From Kondoa subrosea (Eukaryota), in the NCBI GenBank assembly GCA_039545335.1, contig BCIN01000001.1, forward strand, positions 3,351,136 through 3,415,135: DNA of 64,000 bases, given 5' to 3'. The position numbers were made by a program, and so were the translations under genes. The notes beneath the pieces are model-generated. The model made no database searches, was not told the DNA's origin, and saw nothing but the letters and a program-made list of their open reading frames with translations. Positions 15,577 through 30,538 of this stretch are shown here, piece by piece; within the stretch, counting starts at the first letter, position 1, and each line of letters opens with the position of its first letter.

Positions 15577-15927
15577 GTCGTTAACGTGAAAAGTACTAGA
15601 GGAGAAAAAAAGAGGCAAAAAGCGCAGCGCGTCGGTGTTGTTCTCGGACTATCGCAAAGGATAGAGGCCACTTACAAGTAGTAAGGAGTGCGTGTAGGCT
15701 GTGTGTGGTGATTTTACTGCTTTGAGAGAGGAGAAAAACAAAGTAAGTTGGTTGAAAGAAGAGAAGGTGAGGCGGTTGAGCTCTTTGAGTAACGGTAAAT
15801 CGGTGTCTCGACCCGAGTTGTTGTTTTGATGAGGTTGCCTCTTATCTCACCGCGTAGAATAACAATACACTCTAGTAATAGCTCCGTCATCTAAAATCAA
15901 CCCAATCTACCCAAACTTCTACACCAC

Positions 15928-18900
15928 TCAACTCAGATCCAGTCTGCCACTCAAGAGATCAACCAAAGGCTTTAATCGGAGCCACCAGGGATCTTTGCCT
16001 CTTCTCAACTTCATGTCCGCTTGCTCTTCGACTTCAGCCAAAGTCGCAAATCGAACCTTTGCCCCTTGAATGACCAGCACCGCCGCAGTGACGCCTTCTT
16101 GCGATGTGTGCCCGCGCTTCCAGCCTTGCGATTCAGCAGATACGCCCGCACCATGCCTCTCAATGAATTGAATAGACCGAACAGCCAAACGAACAGCACG
16201 CGTTCTATCCCTTGGTGAAGGCGTTCCACCTTGCAAAGTATGACCAAGCTTGACGTTTCTAGCATCGAAAGACTTTCCTCCTTCGTCTTGCAAGATATCA
16301 GTCAAGACGTCCGTGGTGTAGCATTTCGATGATTTCTCGCTCAAGATCACCAATCGACCTTCGCTCTTTCCTTTGTGATCGGCAGCATAGCGTGTCTTCA
16401 AGAAGCTGACGTCGTCGTACACTTTGCCAAGGGACATGCCTTCTTCAGGGATATAGCACACTAGAGCACCAGAGGCTAGTGCGCCTAAAGTTGCAATGTA
16501 ACCGCATGTCTGCCAGGTTCCGTTAGTTGTTGTAATCGCTATATTAATGGAAAGAACCTACTCCTCCTTGAGCTTCGACAACAAACACTCGATTCCGGTT
16601 GGCTGACGCGCTTTGCTTTATTACATCGCAATCTATTTTTCGATCAGCATTGAGGACTGCTGGCGAACACAATAAACTCACTGTCGACGAGAACATTGAC
16701 TGAAGTGTCTGACCCTAGTGACCATTCAGAGAGCGGAACATTGTTGCTGATCTGTTGGATACGAGTAATTAGCAGGACACCGGTGGTCTTGATGTGAAAC
16801 ATACTGTGGCAGGGAGATGCAGTAGAGGCATCTTGAAGACCGGGAACTGATCTCTGGCCTTCTCCAACTCAAGAACACTGCTAAACGCCTCGAAACCGCC
16901 AATGATGAGTAATCCTTGTACGCCATGCTTCTCGAATGCTTTCGCTACGCCAGGTAGATCTATACTCGGAGTTTTACGATTCGTGCCAAGTTCTGATCCG
17001 CCTCGAGTAGCCCATTCATCTACCTTCAGCCAAGTAAGTTCAGAAACGTTATCATCCAGTAAGCCAGGGAAAGAGTTGTAGATGCCCAATGGAGTATGAC
17101 CACGAGCGAGACAGTATTGTACAGCTGTTCTTGTTGCAGTGTTCATTCCTCCGGCTGGTGCTCCGACACTACCAAATAAGCTCAGCAAACCATATGATAG
17201 CGCTGTCAAGGCAGCCTTACTGGATAATACCTATCTTCATTCTCTGCTTTTCAGGCAGTGTCAATTTCCCGTCCAATCGTGAAATAGCATGGAAAGCTTT
17301 CAGACATTCATCGAATTCCGAATCTCTCAAACTGAGCGCTTTAACGAAATCCTTATCGGCAATGGCTTTCGTAGCTTCTTGAGTCATTGCAACAGCTTCC
17401 ATCAAAGGTCTCCTAATGATCTTGTTCTCTTCTATCCCAATCACCGGCGATGGATCACCAGGTTTTGCTGATAAAAGTGCTTCGACCGCTTCTACTCCTT
17501 GCAGTGTCGCTAAGATTCGATCAGAAGAAACAGGTCGACCACCTCTTTGCGTATGACCTAATGTGGTCACTCTTGTATCGAGCCCTAGTTTTTCAGTTAA
17601 CACTTTCTTGACTGCTTCTGGTGAAATTGGGTTGAGATGTTTGTCTTGAGCGCCTTCTGCAATGATGACTATAGATTTCCTCTTGCCTAGCGTTCGATGC
17701 TTTACTTCTCCATGAGAATAGAACAGTTATCACAAGCGAGGACTCACATGTTTGAGTACTTCACACATTTCACTTTGCCAATCATCAGATTCAGGCGGAC
17801 ATTCAGGGATGAATAGGAAATCTGCTCCAGTGCTGTAGGATCAGCTAAACAGTAAGTAACGCGAAATAGCAACATGTTGAGTTTCTCCTACCTGATAGCT
17901 GCCATTACAGCTAGCCAACCGCAATGTCGGCCCATGACTTCGACAACGAAAGCGCGCTGATGTGAAGAAGCGGTAGAAGAGATTGAATCCACAGAGTCGC
18001 AAATCCTTTGTAAGGCCGTAGCTGCTCCAATAGTCATGTCCGTTCCAGACATATCGTTATCTATACTTCCGACAGCTGGCGCACTGTGTATCAGCTTGAC
18101 ACCGTATGAGAGACTACATGTACCTACTCTGTCAGATTTCGAGATAAAGAAATCAGCACAAGGCAATTTATATCTTTTCTCACCCACCCCTGCGATATTC
18201 AGATGTTTATGCTTTTCCGCTGTAGCTTGATCGATCTTCCCACTATCCAATAAAACCTTGACATGCTGACTCCACTCATCCCTTAAACGATCTGCCCCCG
18301 TTAGACTGCCATCGCCACCACAAACCACTAAAGCGTCAATGCCATGTTTGAGTAAATTATGGCAAGCTTTAGTTCTTCCTTCAAATTCTCGAAATTCTTT
18401 GCTTCTTGCTGTTCCAATCAAAGTCCCACCTGCACCAAGGAATCCACGAACATCATCCCATCCTACTTGAATGATGTGTCTTCCTTTGAGAGCGACTTCT
18501 CCTTCACCATCTTTAAGCAATTCGCCTGTCAAATCCAGGAGCTTAATTGGATCTGAAATTCAGTAATGACGAGGGAGTGAGACTAACCTTCTCCGTATGT
18601 GGGTAAGAAACGAGTAGAAGCATGTGTAGTAGTACCTTGAACGGACTTGAATTGACTTTGGATCGGTTCAGCTTCCTTTTCCTTATCCGCAGTATTCTGT
18701 ACAGCCCACAGTATTGCATTAGCTATCATCCAGCTAGAAGTAAAAAAGAAAGAGCAGCGTACGCCTAAAATCAGTCCTTCCCAACCTTCTCGAATCACAA
18801 ACGTCTCGCAACCTCTATATTCTAGCTTCAGCTCTTCAGTAAGAAGAGGAGAAGAAATGACAAACCTATTAAGACCCATTCTTACTACCGCTCGAACGCA

Positions 18901-19075
18901 AGCTGACATCCCAGCAGCATCGCCTCCAGAAGTCAGAACCTGTTTCGTTTCCAATACTGTGTAAGGGCATAATCCAATAGACAAGTCAAGAGGAGGAGGG
19001 ACGAACAGCTAATCTTCGAGCTTGTTTTACTTCTGCTCCTGAAGTAGCAGCTTTACCAGCTTCGAGAGGTTCCAT
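15928..19075 (-). CDS. PFK1: 6-phosphofructokinase (eukaryotic two-half type)
   Basis: [57 protein letters not shown], and second-half GAPAGGMN and LGHTLQGG. Confidence 0.97.
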
Positions 19076-19352
19076 TTTAAAGAAATTATAGATAAACGTT
19101 CAACGAGAGGTGGAAGAGATCAGAACGAGCAATGAAGGTATAGAGAGCTGCTAGAGGGTATGGCAGTAGAGCACGTTCGATGCTGTATTGCCAGTCGAGG
19201 GCTATGACGGAAGCACCGCTCTCGCTGTAGCAAGTCAACAAATTGCTGTCGACTCTTTGGAGGTCATGTCTAAACTGATTGCAGCTACTACGAGGAAGAT
19301 AAATAATGATACAGGAGGAGAGAGTACTATTAAAAAGGAGAGAGAGGGACAA

Positions 19353-20417
<1,065 letters not shown>

Positions 20418-20649
20418 TTGTTTGTGCTTTGAAATTGTTCAGATAAGATAAGATTGCGCGTGTTCTTGGATTGGAAGGAGGGGGTATAAGCTTTGTTAGG
20501 CTTTGTGCGAATTGGATATCACCAAAAGGAAATCCTGAAAGAGCGTGTGTATCGTAGCCCAAGTCGTATACGTAGCGTGTTCCCCAAGCGAATACAGAAC
20601 AAAGAAGGTGAGATGCTTGTCCAAGACCAACCGTGATCGAAAACTGAAA

Positions 20650-21975
20650 ATGGCACCCAATCCAGATAACTTGCAAGGTTCGGCTCTCTGACCGCTGCTA
20701 TACAAGTGCTAGTTAGCTTAGTAATACATAGGTCTGCTAAGATGGGGATTATCGAATCAGACGCCAGATCAAGTGGAAGCTGTTGATCCAGTCAGAAGTA
20801 AAGAACACATGAAGGTGAGCTCCTTAGTTGGCTCTTCCAAGTATCTCATTGAAATATTAGTACAGATCTTGAACGATATCATTGCAAATCGTATGCTCTT
20901 CCAGCTATTCTGTCATTTCCATGTTTTTTTACTCTTGCCTGTTTTCTGCTTCACAGAAGTGTCGGATGCACAAAGGATGAGGGTAGGTTGTCTTTCTTCA
21001 ACCTGAGATGCTCAATTTTGAAGGCGTACATAATCTACAGGCAGCTGTGGCGATTGCTGGAGATTCATCAATACCGCTAGAAGAACGCTTGATGGCCTGG
21101 GATGAACTAGAGATGCTTATAGAATCGTCTGTCACAATTCTCCTTATCCTTTTCCTTCTGTTGCTTATGATAAGACAGACTTGATAACGCAAACGATTTA
21201 ACACCATTGAAACTCTGGCCCGACATTATTGCTCATTTCCGTGATACTGAACCAGAAACAGTCACTCAAGCTTTATGGGTTTGTGGTACAGCAATCCAAA
21301 ACAACCCAAAATCACAAGAAGATGTTTGTTCTCTATCATCAATCTAGCCTTCATAATGTATGAGATTCTGACGAGAAGTTTTATAGTTCCTGAAAGAGAA
21401 CCCTATTCCTACAATCATTGAACTGATAGCTGAAACGTCTACATCAGCACAAGTCAGATCAAAAGCTTTGTACTGTTTATCAGGCGCTTTGAAACACAAC
21501 GAAGCTGCATTGACTACTTTTACTTCACATCAAGGTTGGCAAGCTCTCAATTCAGCTTTACAAGGTGAAACCAACCCTTTCATTTCTATCTGCTTTTCTG
21601 ACTTAAAAGAATGAATATTTTTCTTTAGACCCAGATATTACTTGCCGAAGAAAATCAGCTTTCCTAATCGATTCCCTTTTCCAACATTCTACCTCTCCTT
21701 CTGAACTATTAGAACAAGCTAAAGAAAGTGGAACTATTGCTACTCTCATATCATGTTTGGGTAGTGAAATGTTACCGTTTGGTTCGAATGGGGATCAAAG
21801 TGAAGATGAGGACCTGGCTGAGAAAGCATTGAACGCTTTAAGAACTATTGTTACGGGGTGTGGAAAAGAAGAGTTGAGTGAAGAAGAAAGGAAGGAAGTT
21901 AGAGATGCGCTCCAGTCGAAAGAGTTTGGTTTAACTGGACAAGAGAAGAAAGATTTGTTAGACAAGCTACAATGA
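20650..21975 (+). CDS. FES1: Hsp70 nucleotide exchange factor Fes1/HspBP1
   Basis: Spliced: LQGLLRWGL, ELEMLIESIDNANDL, ALWVCGTAIQNNPKSQE, VRSKALYCLSGALKHN (armadillo repeats). Confidence 0.9.
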
Positions 21976-22386
21976 AAAGGCAACTCGAAATACTTTGCTA
22001 GATGGAACGAACAAAAAGTCTTCAATCTGAACGGAAATCCCGTTCGCCGATGTTCAAGAAAGCGATGCTACTTGTCCACTCTTCTCTGAAACCACGTGCT
22101 GGCCTTCCAAGCACGATCAGAGGCTTTGGCAGGGAATCCTTTATTTCAGTGCCTACGCAGTTTCGTCTTTCTCTTCCTCCTTTCTTTTATCGATATCGCG
22201 CGATGTTCGTATCACGCAAGGTTACAAAAGTCGTGCCAGTTAGGTCTTGCTACGACGAAATCGACAGCTTATTCTCTATGTACTTTTACGTCCGATTTTG
22301 GTCCAATAGGATATTTCTCTCTTCTTTGCTTAACCCTTGCTTGATCCTGACCATAATATTATTTCTCATTCGAACAGCAGCTTGCA

Positions 22387-22914
22387 ATGCCGCATTCAAA
22401 CAATCACGCTTCGTCCAGTGCTCAGACGTCTAATGTCTCTGCTGTAAGTCGGTCCTGTCATTATTAGCGGCCATATGCTGAGACAGCTTCGAGCAGCAAG
22501 CTCCCCTCGTAGACAATGGCGAACCGGCTGTAGGTTCGAGCCGAAAGAAGCAAAAGATGTTTCACTGATTATGGGCCTCCCGTTCAGTATCGTTGCGTCT
22601 ATGTCGTGCACTCTACCAATGAACATGGTCTTCAGGGCTATCAGATTATAGGACAGGGCTGTACATCCTATCATCCCGAGCGTCCTGATCACCACGACCC
22701 CAATCTTAGGGAGCAAAAACTGCACCCCCACGATCGCTTTCACGCCGCAGATTGCCGTTATCTGTGGGACACAAATAACGATCCAATGCGCAAAGCCTAC
22801 CCGAATGGCGAGTATACACACGCCTGGACTGAAGCCGTATATGACCAGGTCAATGGAAGACACCTTAAACTTGCTCAGGGAGAGCCACCGCACCCGCCGA
22901 GGCAACGGCGATAA
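22387..22914 (+). CDS. Small hypothetical His/Pro-rich protein (2 exons)
   Basis: ATG at 22387 and intron 22444-22533 (GTAAGT...CTGTAG) join into the open frame ending at 22914; no known motif. Confidence 0.45.
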
Positions 22915-23484
22915 TAGATACGATACTTTGACAATTCAAGCATCTCCTTGCCTTTCTTTGTACACAGCATCATGAATATCATACGTTCCCTCAGAGCTAG
23001 ACAGAGACGGAGAGAGCGAATCAGACATAGCTGCTACGAAGAACTGCGGACGCTGGGCATCGAGCGCTTATATCGAGGCAAACTTTCGCGGAACGATGGA
23101 TCAAGGCAAGAAAAGAGACAGAGACAGAGAAATAACGAGACGTCCATCTGTCGAGGCTGTGGAATATGTGACCCTCATTCCGCTGTCAATTGATGATCTT
23201 TCGCTTATGACACGAAGCTTTTGCTTATTCATCGTTCCTCTCATCGAACGGATACATCGACGGCGACAGAAGACAGAAATGCCATGAATGAAGGACCAAA
23301 CCCTTGGTCAATATTTTACTGCTCAAAAAATAAGCCTTTTCCGACACCAAGGAGATGCCACAAAACCTTACATCAGCCAGAAGCAACATCATGACGGGGT
23401 GCAGCCAATGACACAACTCAAGATCTCATCAATCTGCGCCGAAGTATTTTGACTCTCGTAAGGGAGAGATGAGCTTCGAGGTAT

Positions 23485-24228
23485 TTAGATGTAAGTCAAG
23501 CCAGGTATCGAGAAGTCCTCTTCTGCCTGAGCAGTAGGGAGGTTCGGCCGCCTTTCTTCGGGCTGACTGGGAAGAGCTTCGGCAGGTTGTATGCTGGCTA
23601 AAAGAAGCGGAGGTGCAGATACTTCTGGCTCGAGTTGCATCTCCAGCAGCGTCTGAGGTGCAGTCGACAGCACTGCAGAGGGCTCGGACGGATCTGGCAG
23701 AGGTTCTCTAGCTGAAGAGGGAGAATCGAGCATCTCTTCCGCTACTTCAGCTACAGGAGAGTGTGCCTCTGCTTCGAATCGTTCGCGAACTACCGCAGCC
23801 TATCGCAGAGATCAGATTCTAGCCTATATCCAGATTTGAAGCATTCACCTCATTCCGCATAACCTCGCATTTCATCACTACATCCTCAAGATCATCGTAG
23901 ACACCTTCTATGTCCTGCGGTACAGCATCCAAAGCCATTACATCACTCCAACTAATCGCTTCAGACCAAATCGCATTGCCTTGACTTGAGGCTTCATCTC
24001 TTGCATGATCTTTACTTCGATGTCCTGTTGTATATTCTTGAGCTACTTTCGCAGCTCGGCAGATGAGAGCTGACCAGCCAAACGCTTGCGATCAGGAAAC
24101 AAGCGATAACAATCTTGTACAGCGCAGATGAAGATAGGCGTCTCTTTCGAATTGGTCAACGAGGCTGTGGGTATGTAGTCTGCTGGTATAGGCTCTGACT
24201 GGACTGTTCTGGGGTATAGCAAGGTCAT
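23485..24228 (-). CDS. Single C2H2 zinc-finger protein
   Basis: Spliced FICAVQDCYRLFPDRKRLAGHRSKDH (C-x4-C-x12-H-x4-H), followed by an acidic, Pro-rich tail. Confidence 0.7.
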
Positions 24229-24280
24229 TGTATCGGTGCGACTTGGCAGGACTGATTCAGTCAGATTTAATCTGTATCGT
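24112..24280. repeat. Direct repeat copy A (5' coding end and upstream region of the zinc-finger gene)
   Basis: Hand alignment with 30539-30700 gives about 13 differences in the first ~129 nt, plus a 21/25 matching tail. Confidence 0.9.
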
Positions 24281-24398
24281 GCGCTCAGAAGTGAAAGGCA
24301 GTCTGCAGTGGTTGCCGACGATGTCAAGCGAGTCGCGGAAAGTATAACTAATCTAGACAAATCTATGATGCGCGCAATTATGTTTGACTGAGCCTTCT

Positions 24399-27300
24399 CT
24401 ATGCTTTTCTTTTTGTTTGCTCGAGCAACGCCAATCTCTTGAAAATCCCATCTTCTTGCAGCAACTCTGCAGGGGAACCCATTTGAGCGATTCTGCCTTT
24501 ATCCATAGCGATCACACAGTCTGCATCTCGGATCGTGGAGATTCGATGCGCGACGACTAGGACGGTCACGTTTCTAAATTCGTTGCGAAGAACCTCTTGA
24601 ATCGCTTGGCTGAAAGAGAAAAGAGAGAGAGACAATCAGCTTCGCAAGTTGTAAGTGATTGTACAACGTACTCAGAGACTGAGTCGAGGCTGCTGGAAGC
24701 CTCATCCAAGCAAAGAATGGGGCGTTTGCGCACTGGGAGCTCGTTAGTCCAAGTAGGTACGCGTCGAGACGGAGCTTACAAATAGCACGAGCCAAAGCTA
24801 GTAGTTGCCTGTTCCCCCTACTGATCATCTGACCTTGACTCGAGACTTCATGGTCCAATTTGCCAGGTAAAGCTTCGATGAAGGACTTGATTCGAGCCTT
24901 TTCTACTGCTTCCCATAATTCTTCGTCTGTAGCAGTTCCATCAGGATCCAGATTCAGTCTGATAGCGCAATCAATTAACAAGGCTTCTTGAGGAATAATT
25001 GAGATAGCATGTCGAAGTGCTTGCAGGTGTAAGGAGCTGATGTCGATTCCGCCAATCAGTATTGACCCTCCGGCATCGATCTCTTGCAGTCGATAGAGGC
25101 ATGCCAAGAGAGAACTTTTCCCGGCACCCTATTCAAGTTTTTCAGCTTCAGTTGTGTCTACGATTAAAGACTTACGGTCCTTCCACATACGCCATAGACT
25201 CTGCCCGGCTGGAGCGTCAGATTTAGATTGTGAAGAACCGGCTGGCTTTCTGATGTATAGCGTAGCGAGACGTTTTTGAACTCAATACTAGGCTTGTTCA
25301 ACCAATCGCCTGCGCTTTTACGTAGATCGGTTGCGGTTATGTCTTGAGTTGTTTCACGAGGCAGGTCAATGACAGCTTGCATTCTTCCAATAGACACAGA
25401 GACGATCTCCACCTCTATATACATGATCAGCTCGTCGCAGCAAGAAGTATTCTGCTAAAACTCGCCTGTCAGAGATTCGAAGAATGTCCGCAAGATTCCA
25501 CTCAAAGCAATAGCAGACACAAGAGCGACCGCTAAGGAGGGATCTGATTCTCTTCGCGAGACTGCTACCATAACCAGTACGAACACGACCAACATCACTG
25601 ACAACCCAAGAGACAAGATGAACCAATTCCTTCCTATTTAGAGTTCAGCGAATAAGGACGCTGGTCGGGCAGGGTGAACACTTACCGGTCCACAAGAGTA
25701 GCCAAGGCTTATTGAAATCCGTTACTATTCACAGCGCTAAGTGTGATACTTCGTAGAGCATCAATACTTACTGAACCCAGTAGCCTGATGCATTATAGCA
25801 GGTTCAGCAGCAAATGCGCGAATATGTTTCAGGCCATTGAGATCTTGGGCAACCATTACAGTAGAATACAATTCGGTTTTGGTTGCGCTGACTAGCTTGC
25901 GGAGTTGCTTGGAGGTAGGCAGGTACAATCTCCTCAGAGTCTCGGCACAGCATCCTGAGAAGATAATCACGGCTAAGGTGTAAGGACTGGCGATGATTGC
26001 CGGTATAATCATCGCGACAATCATTACAGAAAATTGCACGACTTGTTGCAGGACCAGCTTTAACGGAACAATAAGTATCAAGACAGCAATGAAGTACGAA
26101 TTAGCTGACTGGCAATTCGGTCTCCACCGCATTGGAGTCACTCGAGAATCTATTTAGCAAGAAAGAGCTGGACTGTCGGTCGAGCAAAGAAACTGCTGAA
26201 CCAAGCAGAGCAGACAGCTGTCGAATGTGTAGAACTCTAGTAGCATGAACTGGATGCCATGTGTTGACGGTAAACCACCCTGGCGAGACTAGATGAGCGG
26301 CCGCAACTAAGCACGAATCGAGATGCCTACACATGCCAGCAGCAATAAGATAAAAGATAGTGACGCCCACAAGCTATAAAGATGTATAAGCTTGTAAGGC
26401 TTCAAAATCGGAATCTCAAAAATCGTACTCCTCCGATCCATTTCCAGGCATCAGCATCTTTGGCGCTCGATGCGTCTGAAGTCCAAGCTCTCGAATAATA
26501 GAGAAAGCCAATTTGAAACAGTGGCCAAGCAAGTAAGCAGAACACAGTGGCTGTTATATTGGGTCCACGCCCCGCCGCTTTGATATATGTCCGTATCGAC
26601 GTTGACACTTTGCCTTGATCCGCGTCCGCTTCTTTATCAGCTCTAGTCTTGTTTTCTATGGCTTCCGATAACATTGGAGCGATCACTCCTTGCTTGCGGA
26701 CCTGAGGCGATTGATGTGAAATACTGCTTGCTGGGTTTTCAGGGATGGAGAGATCTCTGTGCGCACTCATAAAGCCTTGGAATTCTGGATGTTGCGACAG
26801 GTCAGCGAAAGAGCCTTCGGCGCAGCCAAAGCCGTCTGCAGCCAAGAAGATCAAGTGATTCGCTTCTGCAAAATGATGAGTCGAATTGGAAGTCATGATG
26901 ACAGTTTTGTCTTTCAGAAGCCCATTGGAAGTATTGAACAGTGCATTGAAGACGTGAGCAGACGTTGTGTTATCGAGAGCACTGAATACATCGTCCAGAA
27001 TGACCAAAGCAGATTCGGCATAAAGACAGCGAGCTAATGCGATACGCTTTTGCCGATTTTAGTCAGCAGCGATGGCGAACAGTATAGGACACAACCAACC
27101 TGTTTTTGGCCACCGGAACTCTCAGTAGCAGGCGAAAGATCTTGCTCATCCATTTCCGCTAAGTCGATATCTAGACCGCAGGCTTGTAGTACCTGCAAGT
27201 ATAAAGCTTCGTTCATGCCTTTTCCAAAGAGGATGTTGGAGCGAATGGATTCCGAAGGTGAAAGAAATGGATCTTGTGAAGCAAAAGCCATAGATCCACT

Positions 27301-29942
27301 CGGAACCGCGACAGATCCGGCCAACACATCGTATTCTCCCAGGATACTCATCAAGAATGAAGATTTGCCCTGTACTATTGTCAGTCCCAGAGTGGTAAAG
27401 GGTGGACATTTCGCTTACGCAACCAACACTTCCCAAGACAACCGTTAGTGCATGGCTGGGACAGCGGGCTGTGATATTGCGAAGAAATACTTGTTGAATA
27501 CTGGCCAGTCCAACACTTGCATTCGTGAGCTGGATACAAAGAGGCTTTTCATGAGATTCTTTAACAGTTAAATCGCTTGCTGAACTGCTGGCAGTGACTG
27601 TTCGACATCTGTCTGTAGGCTTCTCAGGCTGCAGCAAGAAATCTTGGATGCGTTCGAACGACGAGTGGGCGGCTTTGCAAAAGTTCACCGGCGTTACCCA
27701 CGGCAAACGGTTACTCACATAGCAGCCTTGGACTTTGCTTCAATAGCGTCTGGCATCAGCCGAGAACTGTCCCTTGCAAGATCTGGCTCACCCATATGGT
27801 ACTATTGGATCATAAGCATCTCAGAGCAGCTTTCGTTGTATCGATTGTGCGACATACTTGTAGAACTGCAGAGCTACAACCTCGAGTGATGCCAATGCAA
27901 CGACTAGCGATGTCGTATCAGGCTGCTGGGTAGACGTGTGTTTATGACCGTTGTGCTTACAAACAGGTCGGGAAGCAAATACTCGCTCGGTGGAGAATTT
28001 GCAAGCCAGAGCAAACGCTGATAAGAGAGCCACTCTAATGAAAGCAAACATGGTAGTGTAGAACAACCCGGTGACAGATATCTTGACAGTGTATTTTGAC
28101 ATTTCTTTCAGCTCGGCCTCGCGTGTCTTGAGGTAGATTCTTCCGACTGCGAAACAGATCAGACGTAAGTATAATGAATTGCATGCTCGCTTACAAGGAT
28201 ACTCGTAGGCGCTGAGCTTGATTGCTTTGAAGCTGGTCAAAAGGCTCGCCAGCAACTTCACTCTTTTGTCTGAGATTAGTGTTAGATCAGGACTGTTCGA
28301 TTCTACAACTAAAGTAATCACATACCTGTCTTGTCGCTCCAAGTTGTTTGCGAAACGACGAAGCGCTTTGCCGTGAAAGGTAGCAAACCCAATGCAATGA
28401 TAGTAGACACGAAATAGGCTAGGAAAGATCGTCCAAATTGAGAAGCGACAATAGGCATAGATATGGTTGCTAGGACAATCAGATTCATGATGTAGAAAGG
28501 GACCACTGCTGCATTCACGACCCTGAGGACTAACAGTCAAGCTCTTACGGGGTTTCTGCCAAAAGCTTTACACACCTTTCGACATCCAAAGACAGATAAG
28601 AGGACAACGCTCCAGCGCCGATCTGTTGTGCCGTTCCAATATGCATTTTCAAGCCTTTCCTGAAAACTGCTTCCGCTAAAACAGCTCGACTATGACAGTC
28701 AAGAAGCATAGACATAAGCGAACCGGGCTACCGAAGAGGCTCTTCACATACATTTTGGCAGCTGCTTTATAAGCGCTGAAGTTCCACGCGAAGAATAAGA
28801 AGGTGACCAGGAATTGTTGAAGAGTGTAGCCAGCTGCGATACCATACCCATATGATTTGGGCGTATCTCCATTCCTAAAAGAGTCATTGGACTAGACCCG
28901 CATGTTACAGGGAGCCAATAAACCTACCCAAGAAATCCAAGTAATGCGTTGAGTAATAGGGGCGAGAGAGATGCGATACAGCACCATAAAAGCGAAGGTA
29001 TGACGGGCTTGAGTAAATCCAGCTTGAAGGCGGCAAACAGAGCTCGAATTAGAGGAATGGAAGAGTTCTTGCTTCTATTGTTCCAAGCAATTTCAAAACG
29101 TTGATAAAGCTGAGCTGAATCCTCATTTGCTTGTCCTAAGTCTGCCATTTGCAATCTAGTCTTTCTCCCTTTGCGCAGAAGTGCGATGAACCAGAAAGCA
29201 CTGCACCGATTGTTGAAGCCAACAGTCGAAGCAGGTGCAAGGAGCTGCGTGGGAAAGAAGGTAAGGCGACTGGCTCTGTCAACGGCAAGGGCGGCTGACC
29301 TTTCTCGCCTCGGAATCGATAAGCATTGATCGCTTGTCTACATTTTCCAATCCAAAGAGCACGACGCGACAGCCATATCCGATCACGAATGGGACAAAGA
29401 AGAGCCCCTCCGTTGCAGTATAGCCAACAAGAACGAAAGATCGAATGCGAGCCATATCCAATATAACAATCAGCAGAAGGTAGAATGCAACAGTCTGCGA
29501 TGATCTGATATTGCGAAAATGTTCCAATGACGAGACAGCGGACATTATAATCTATTTGTGCGCGATCAATTGGTTTCTTGTACAGATAATTGAAGCGGGT
29601 ACTCACAGCCGCGATCATTGATATAGCCAAAGCAGCCGTACCATAGCGATTATGTGCGGTCGATGTCGTCCAGCCAATGAGATTGATGAGGCTTGTGATC
29701 GTCCACAGAAAACCATATGCCAGTTTACTGTAAAAGAGCGCCAAAGACTTGGAGCTCCGATCAATCTGAACAGCTTTGGAGTGAAGTCTAGACAATCTGA
29801 CCAAACCAAAGCAAATTGCAATACCGGTTGGAAGAAGTGATAGGAAGATGCTTGAGAAGGCCAGGGAGAAATCAAATTCTCGACAAGACTGGCCAGGGAG
29901 ATCGGAAAGAGACCAGTCATCAGAGCAAGGCGAGCGAGGCAT
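24399..29942 (-). CDS. ABCC/MRP-type ABC transporter (TMD0-TMD1-NBD1-TMD2-NBD2)
   Basis: N-terminal CREFDFSLAF; NBD1 GSVGCGKSS, SSGGQKQRIALAR, ILDDVFSALD; NBD2 GRTGAGKSS, IIPQE, LDEASSSLD, VAHRISTI; many hydrophobic exons. Confidence 0.9.
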
Positions 29943-30538
29943 TGCGATGTACGTTCACGAGAAGAAATGAAAACTGAGTGTAAGCACAATGTAGAAAGAC
30001 AGAGCGGATTCAAGAATCCAAGAGAGCGCAATGAAGCAGCGATGCGCAATCGGCAGATCCGACGGACGTAACAATTATCACCGGAATCAACGCAGCCAAA
30101 TACATCGCAAACACAGCAAAGCAGCCAAACACCTCGTTTGAACACAGCCGACAGATTTGGCAGCTGGTTGTCAAGTTGCACAGCTCTGCGAGGTATATTT
30201 GGTCATCCTCGGACAGTGCATATTTATGAGCTGAATGACTCAGGCGGGAATTGGCCTGTCGACGAGCAAAGCGCTTCCAAATCTAATTTTTGGCGTTCAG
30301 CTGCGAGCGCGAAGCCTTATCAGCTGCGCAGCTTGATACCAACCGGCAATGTCGAGTACAATCCATGGCTGAGGCCTTCGCCCTGTCTCTTCCTGTATTT
30401 GCGCTGCAACTTATGATTTGGTGTTTAGACTCGGATGTACAGCGACCAGCAAGGTTATCCGTTGCAATCACAGAATCTCTCGAGATTAAGGAAGCAAACG
30501 GCTGGCAGATGTACATTAGAGATGACTATGCCATTCTG

